In this document: positions 60,369 through 64,000 of the stretch, piece by piece
How the letters are laid out: each line of letters begins with the position of its first letter
Numbering within the stretch: position 1 is the stretch's first letter
NCBI RefSeq assembly: GCF_000143415.4
Contig: NW_003314319.1
Location: 648,365 to 712,364, forward strand
DNA length: 64,000 nucleotides
Reading direction: 5' to 3'
From: Selaginella moellendorffii
Lineage: Eukaryota > Plantae > Lycopodiophyta
Made by a program: the position numbers and the translations under genes
The notes under the pieces: model-generated
Seen by the model: only the letters and a program-made list of their open reading frames with translations
The model's database searches: none
What the model was told of the DNA's origin: nothing

Positions 60369-63300
60369 TCAGGCTTGCAAAAGAATCGGGCCGATCCAGG
60401 AGCTAAACATGTCGCTCAATGCCACTTGAACTTCCTCCGAGCCGTGCTCACAAGCTATCAGCGTTGCCAGCAGCGGAAAAAATCTGAGCAGGTGCTTCTC
60501 AAACGATGACTCCTTCAGTCCGCCGACAGCTTGAAGCGTGGAAACCACGAGAGGAGCACGGGCACTCAGCTCACGCCTCCTAGACGAGCTGAGCGGAATC
60601 GACCAGAGAGGCTGAGCACTACTCTTGTCGCCGGAGTCCCAAGCAGCGGCAACACCGGTTGCGGTACAGAGGTACACTTGCAACACCTCCTCGCACAGTT
60701 CCACCAGGCGACCTTCCACTTCCGCGTCCTTTGCAAACTCGGGCTTCAAGACCGATAGAGTCTGCAAGAGGTTGAGGTAGGCGTGGTATGACTCGCTTTC
60801 CAGACGCAGTAGTGGGGGATCAGACAGCTGCGTTGCCACCTTCACTTGCTGCAGCTTCGTTCGGAGTGCGATGTCGCTGTTAACGTTGTGTGCATGCGCG
60901 GCCACAACGTGAAGAGTGTCCAGGAGAAGCATGGTGTGAGACGCTGCCAGGCGACTGCCGTGGTTCGTAAACAATTCGTTAACAGCCTGTAAAGCAAAGA
61001 AAGGCATGAGCAAAGAGAATGATGGAAGTCTGATTTAGTACCTGAACTAAGAGAAGCTGGACAGCAGTCCTGCACTTGTAGTCCGAGAGTGCTGCTTGGA
61101 GTCTAGTCATTTCCTCGGCCATGGCATCGTTCTCTGTTTTATATCCTTGAATAGCTTTCTGAAGCTCGATATCTTCCAGGCACTCCAGAACTTTGCTCAT
61201 ATCTGGGAGTGTGCCTTCGGCGGCCTCTTGCAGTGCGGCAAGAACTTCGTCCCACTTCTCATCCGTGAATAAATGTCCTGTGTGACTCATCAGCCTCACG
61301 AACGCGGCTACTCCAATTGCAGCCAAACTCTGGTGCGGTCTCTTTAGAAAGCCCGTAAGTAGCAGCAGTATTCTCCCTAACAGATGGGCGACCACCGGAT
61401 AGAACTTTACGAACAAGTCCACCACAAGCTGCAGGGCCAGGGTACAAGTCTCGTACAGCCACGCATCCATTTCAAACTCTGGGTGATCATCTTCCGCTGC
61501 TTGTAAGGGCTCGATTGCTCGCCTGACATAATCAAAGAGAGGAAGTAGAACCGAGTCAAAGACTCGCTCCCAGAGCGCTGGAGAGAACATATGTCCGTGC
61601 GACCGCAATATATCGAAAAGCACTTCCAAAGCACTTTTGCGAATTTCAGGCCGAGGATCGAATGTCAATTCCGACAAGCCTAGAGAAGATCGAAACACAG
61701 AAAGTATGAGACACCTTCCACAACAACGGAAAAAACAAATTTACCTGCTAGCAAGGGAAACCAAAAATGCAAATCATCATCCCGATCAGTAAAAGTCGGC
61801 TCAGACATATCACCATTTGCCACGCGATCTTCCTTCTTTACGTAAGCACCAAGCTCGCCCTCCGCCAACTTGTGCGCACAGAACCTCAAAAATGCAATAG
61901 CATTCAGGCTGATGTCGTTGTTGAATCTGCTATTTGTGAAAGCGATGAGACAGTTAACACAGTCTGTGAACGTTGTCGTCTCTGTCTCCGTGATGAACGA
62001 GAAATACTCCCGGACAATTTTTTCGATAGTCTCAAAAGCCAGAAGCACCATACTCTTGTGCTCGTCTGTAGCTGCCGTGGTAAACACCTAGAAAATGACA
62101 GTCAGCTTGTGCATGCGAGCTATGAGAAAAACTTACCATGAACATAATCTTCCAGCCGGACTTCACGTTTTTAACGCGCGCAAAAACCATTTGCGACACG
62201 CAGCGAATCACCAGCTCCCGAATTTCAACAGAATTACTCTTCCGCATAACCACAACAAAAGGTTTCAGGAACTGGTTCTGGAAGTTGTAATTTGCCAGCT
62301 CTTCACGTTCCAGAAACTTCATTGCCAGTTGACGCAATGAATCCATTGCATACATTGCAATGGACAAGTTGTCAGAACACCCAACCGTGACGAAGTAGTC
62401 GGAGAGAACGTTCCAGATTCGCGACCAAACGAGTCTGATGCGGTTCATGTTGAAATGCCTGCAAAAAGCGTAATTTAGAAAATTGAGACCAGAAAGAAGC
62501 CACAGATTACTTACGATATTTCAACAATTTTGGTGAGGCTGAATACCCGAGGATCAGTTGGAGATCGTAGCTCCTCCATCGAAACTTTACAAAGCGCTTT
62601 TACAAAATCCACAATTGCCTCGCCGTTCAATCGGTCGCTGCGGGTAAATATCTTGTTCATCTCGAAGCTGCCAATCTGCTCCAGCATGTTGAGATTCGAA
62701 ACCAAGTTGTTCATCTGCTCAGCAGTAACCGACCCAGCCGAATTTCCTCCAACTCCAGCACTTTCATACGATCCTCTTCTTGCGGCAGCAGCAGCATATT
62801 GCATTCGTCCAGGCCATTTCCGCTTAAGCACAGGAAGGACAGGCGATTTCAGCTGCATTGTTTTATCGGAGTCGGACTGCGGGGCGGCGAAAAAGGTGGC
62901 ATCAGGAGGAGCGCCTTCACCAATAAGATGGAGATGCTCAAAGCGAGAAACACACGTCAGGACGTGCTCCCAGGCTTCCTGTAGATAGTTTCCATCTTCA
63001 TCGGCAATGGATATCACCGCCTGCAGCATGGAATTACATTATGAGTATGAAAAGAGGAGAAAGAAAAAATACCTTAATAGAGTCTATGTTCTTCTGTTTT
63101 ATATCAGCGGGCGAATGAAGATATGTGAATTTCGCTAGCGAAGTCACGAATGCGTCGCGCTCTGTCCGCATAGACATAATAGAAGTAACGCGGATTGCGT
63201 ATCGAAATCCCTCGAGACACTGAAAAGTGATAACTTCGTCTTCACTCTTCTCCAGTGGAACACTGAAGGCTGCAAGCATTGGAGCCCATGTAACTTCGAC

Positions 63301-64000
63301 CATGGGCCTTAAGATCTCGACATCAGACGGTGAGTAATAGACAGAGCTGCAAGAACGTTCAAATAAGTTCTCAGAAATATAAGAAATAGAAATGCTCTTA
63401 CCCCGATTTGCCAGCCTTCTCTTTCAGCTGCTGTTGCATGTTCTTTATAATATCATCGCTCGTTTCCTGCAGTCTGTCTTCCTTGGGCCTACGAATAACG
63501 ATGTTCAAAATACTCTCGATGCCGAGTATCCTGTTTGTAGGCTTGTTTGTTGGGACAAGACTGTCGGCCTTCATCTTTATCTCGCACTTAACAATACGAT
63601 CGTATAAAGCACTCATAAACTCCTCGGGTAGATCATTTCCATCGTCAATTCCCCGATTGTTCTTCATAAACTCCGCTTTTGTCATCTGCAGTTAACCGTT
63701 GGCAGAAGTAAAAGGAAAACAGTATACTTACTTTGGATTTAACCATCGGATTGTGTGCGTCAGTGTTCAGCAGAATAACAGAGTATGCAAGCACGTAGGC
63801 GGTATCCGCACTGGTAAAGGCCTTGGGATTACATTTGCAGTATCGCTCTGCAAACTTCTCCATGATACGATCAATTTTTTGTGCTTCTCCTGGAAGTCTG
63901 AATCCTTGCAAAAAGATTCTGATGGCCTCGTCAAACTCCATTCCTTGGAAATTGAAGGAGTCAACGTAGGCATGCATAACCTTTAGAGGCAGCTCGTCAT
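60369..64000 (-). CDS. BIG-class ARF-GEF (BIG2/3-like), from the Sec7 domain to the C-terminus; 5' part outside the window
   Basis: [56 protein letters not shown] and LLRLESESY. Confidence 0.95.

Overview
Gene-dense eukaryotic nuclear DNA from a non-seed land plant. The very short GT-AG introns (mostly ~45-80 nt), short intergenic gaps, PLS-class PPR genes and a class-2 DYRK suggest the lycophyte Selaginella (inference). About 22 conserved genes are recognisable: importin-9 3' end, trihelix TF, TRAPPC11, two PPRs, DYRK, RUNKEL, GRAS, DJ-1, an SRA/YDG protein, GGCT, Gfo/Idh/MocA, a GMC oxidase, RCC1-like, GSNOR, RSH, RPS21, ABC1K, ACR, PDF1A and a BIG ARF-GEF (3' part). A rearranged accessory block at ~28.8-39.4 kb holds a Harbinger transposase relic, two inverted ACAD8-like pseudogenes, two decayed copies of the neighbouring RCC1 gene (one split by a Ty1/copia relic with a 105-bp fold-back), a decarboxylase fragment and an intact secreted pyranose-oxidase-like flavoprotein gene. 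The most notable items not obvious from the ORF track are a 3-exon, 72-aa candidate sulfotyrosine (DY) peptide precursor, two PPR ORFs in the same frame separated by one TAA, a SET-less SUVH-like SRA gene and a possible Crinkler-like relic. All family calls come from motif recognition by eye; no database search was run.
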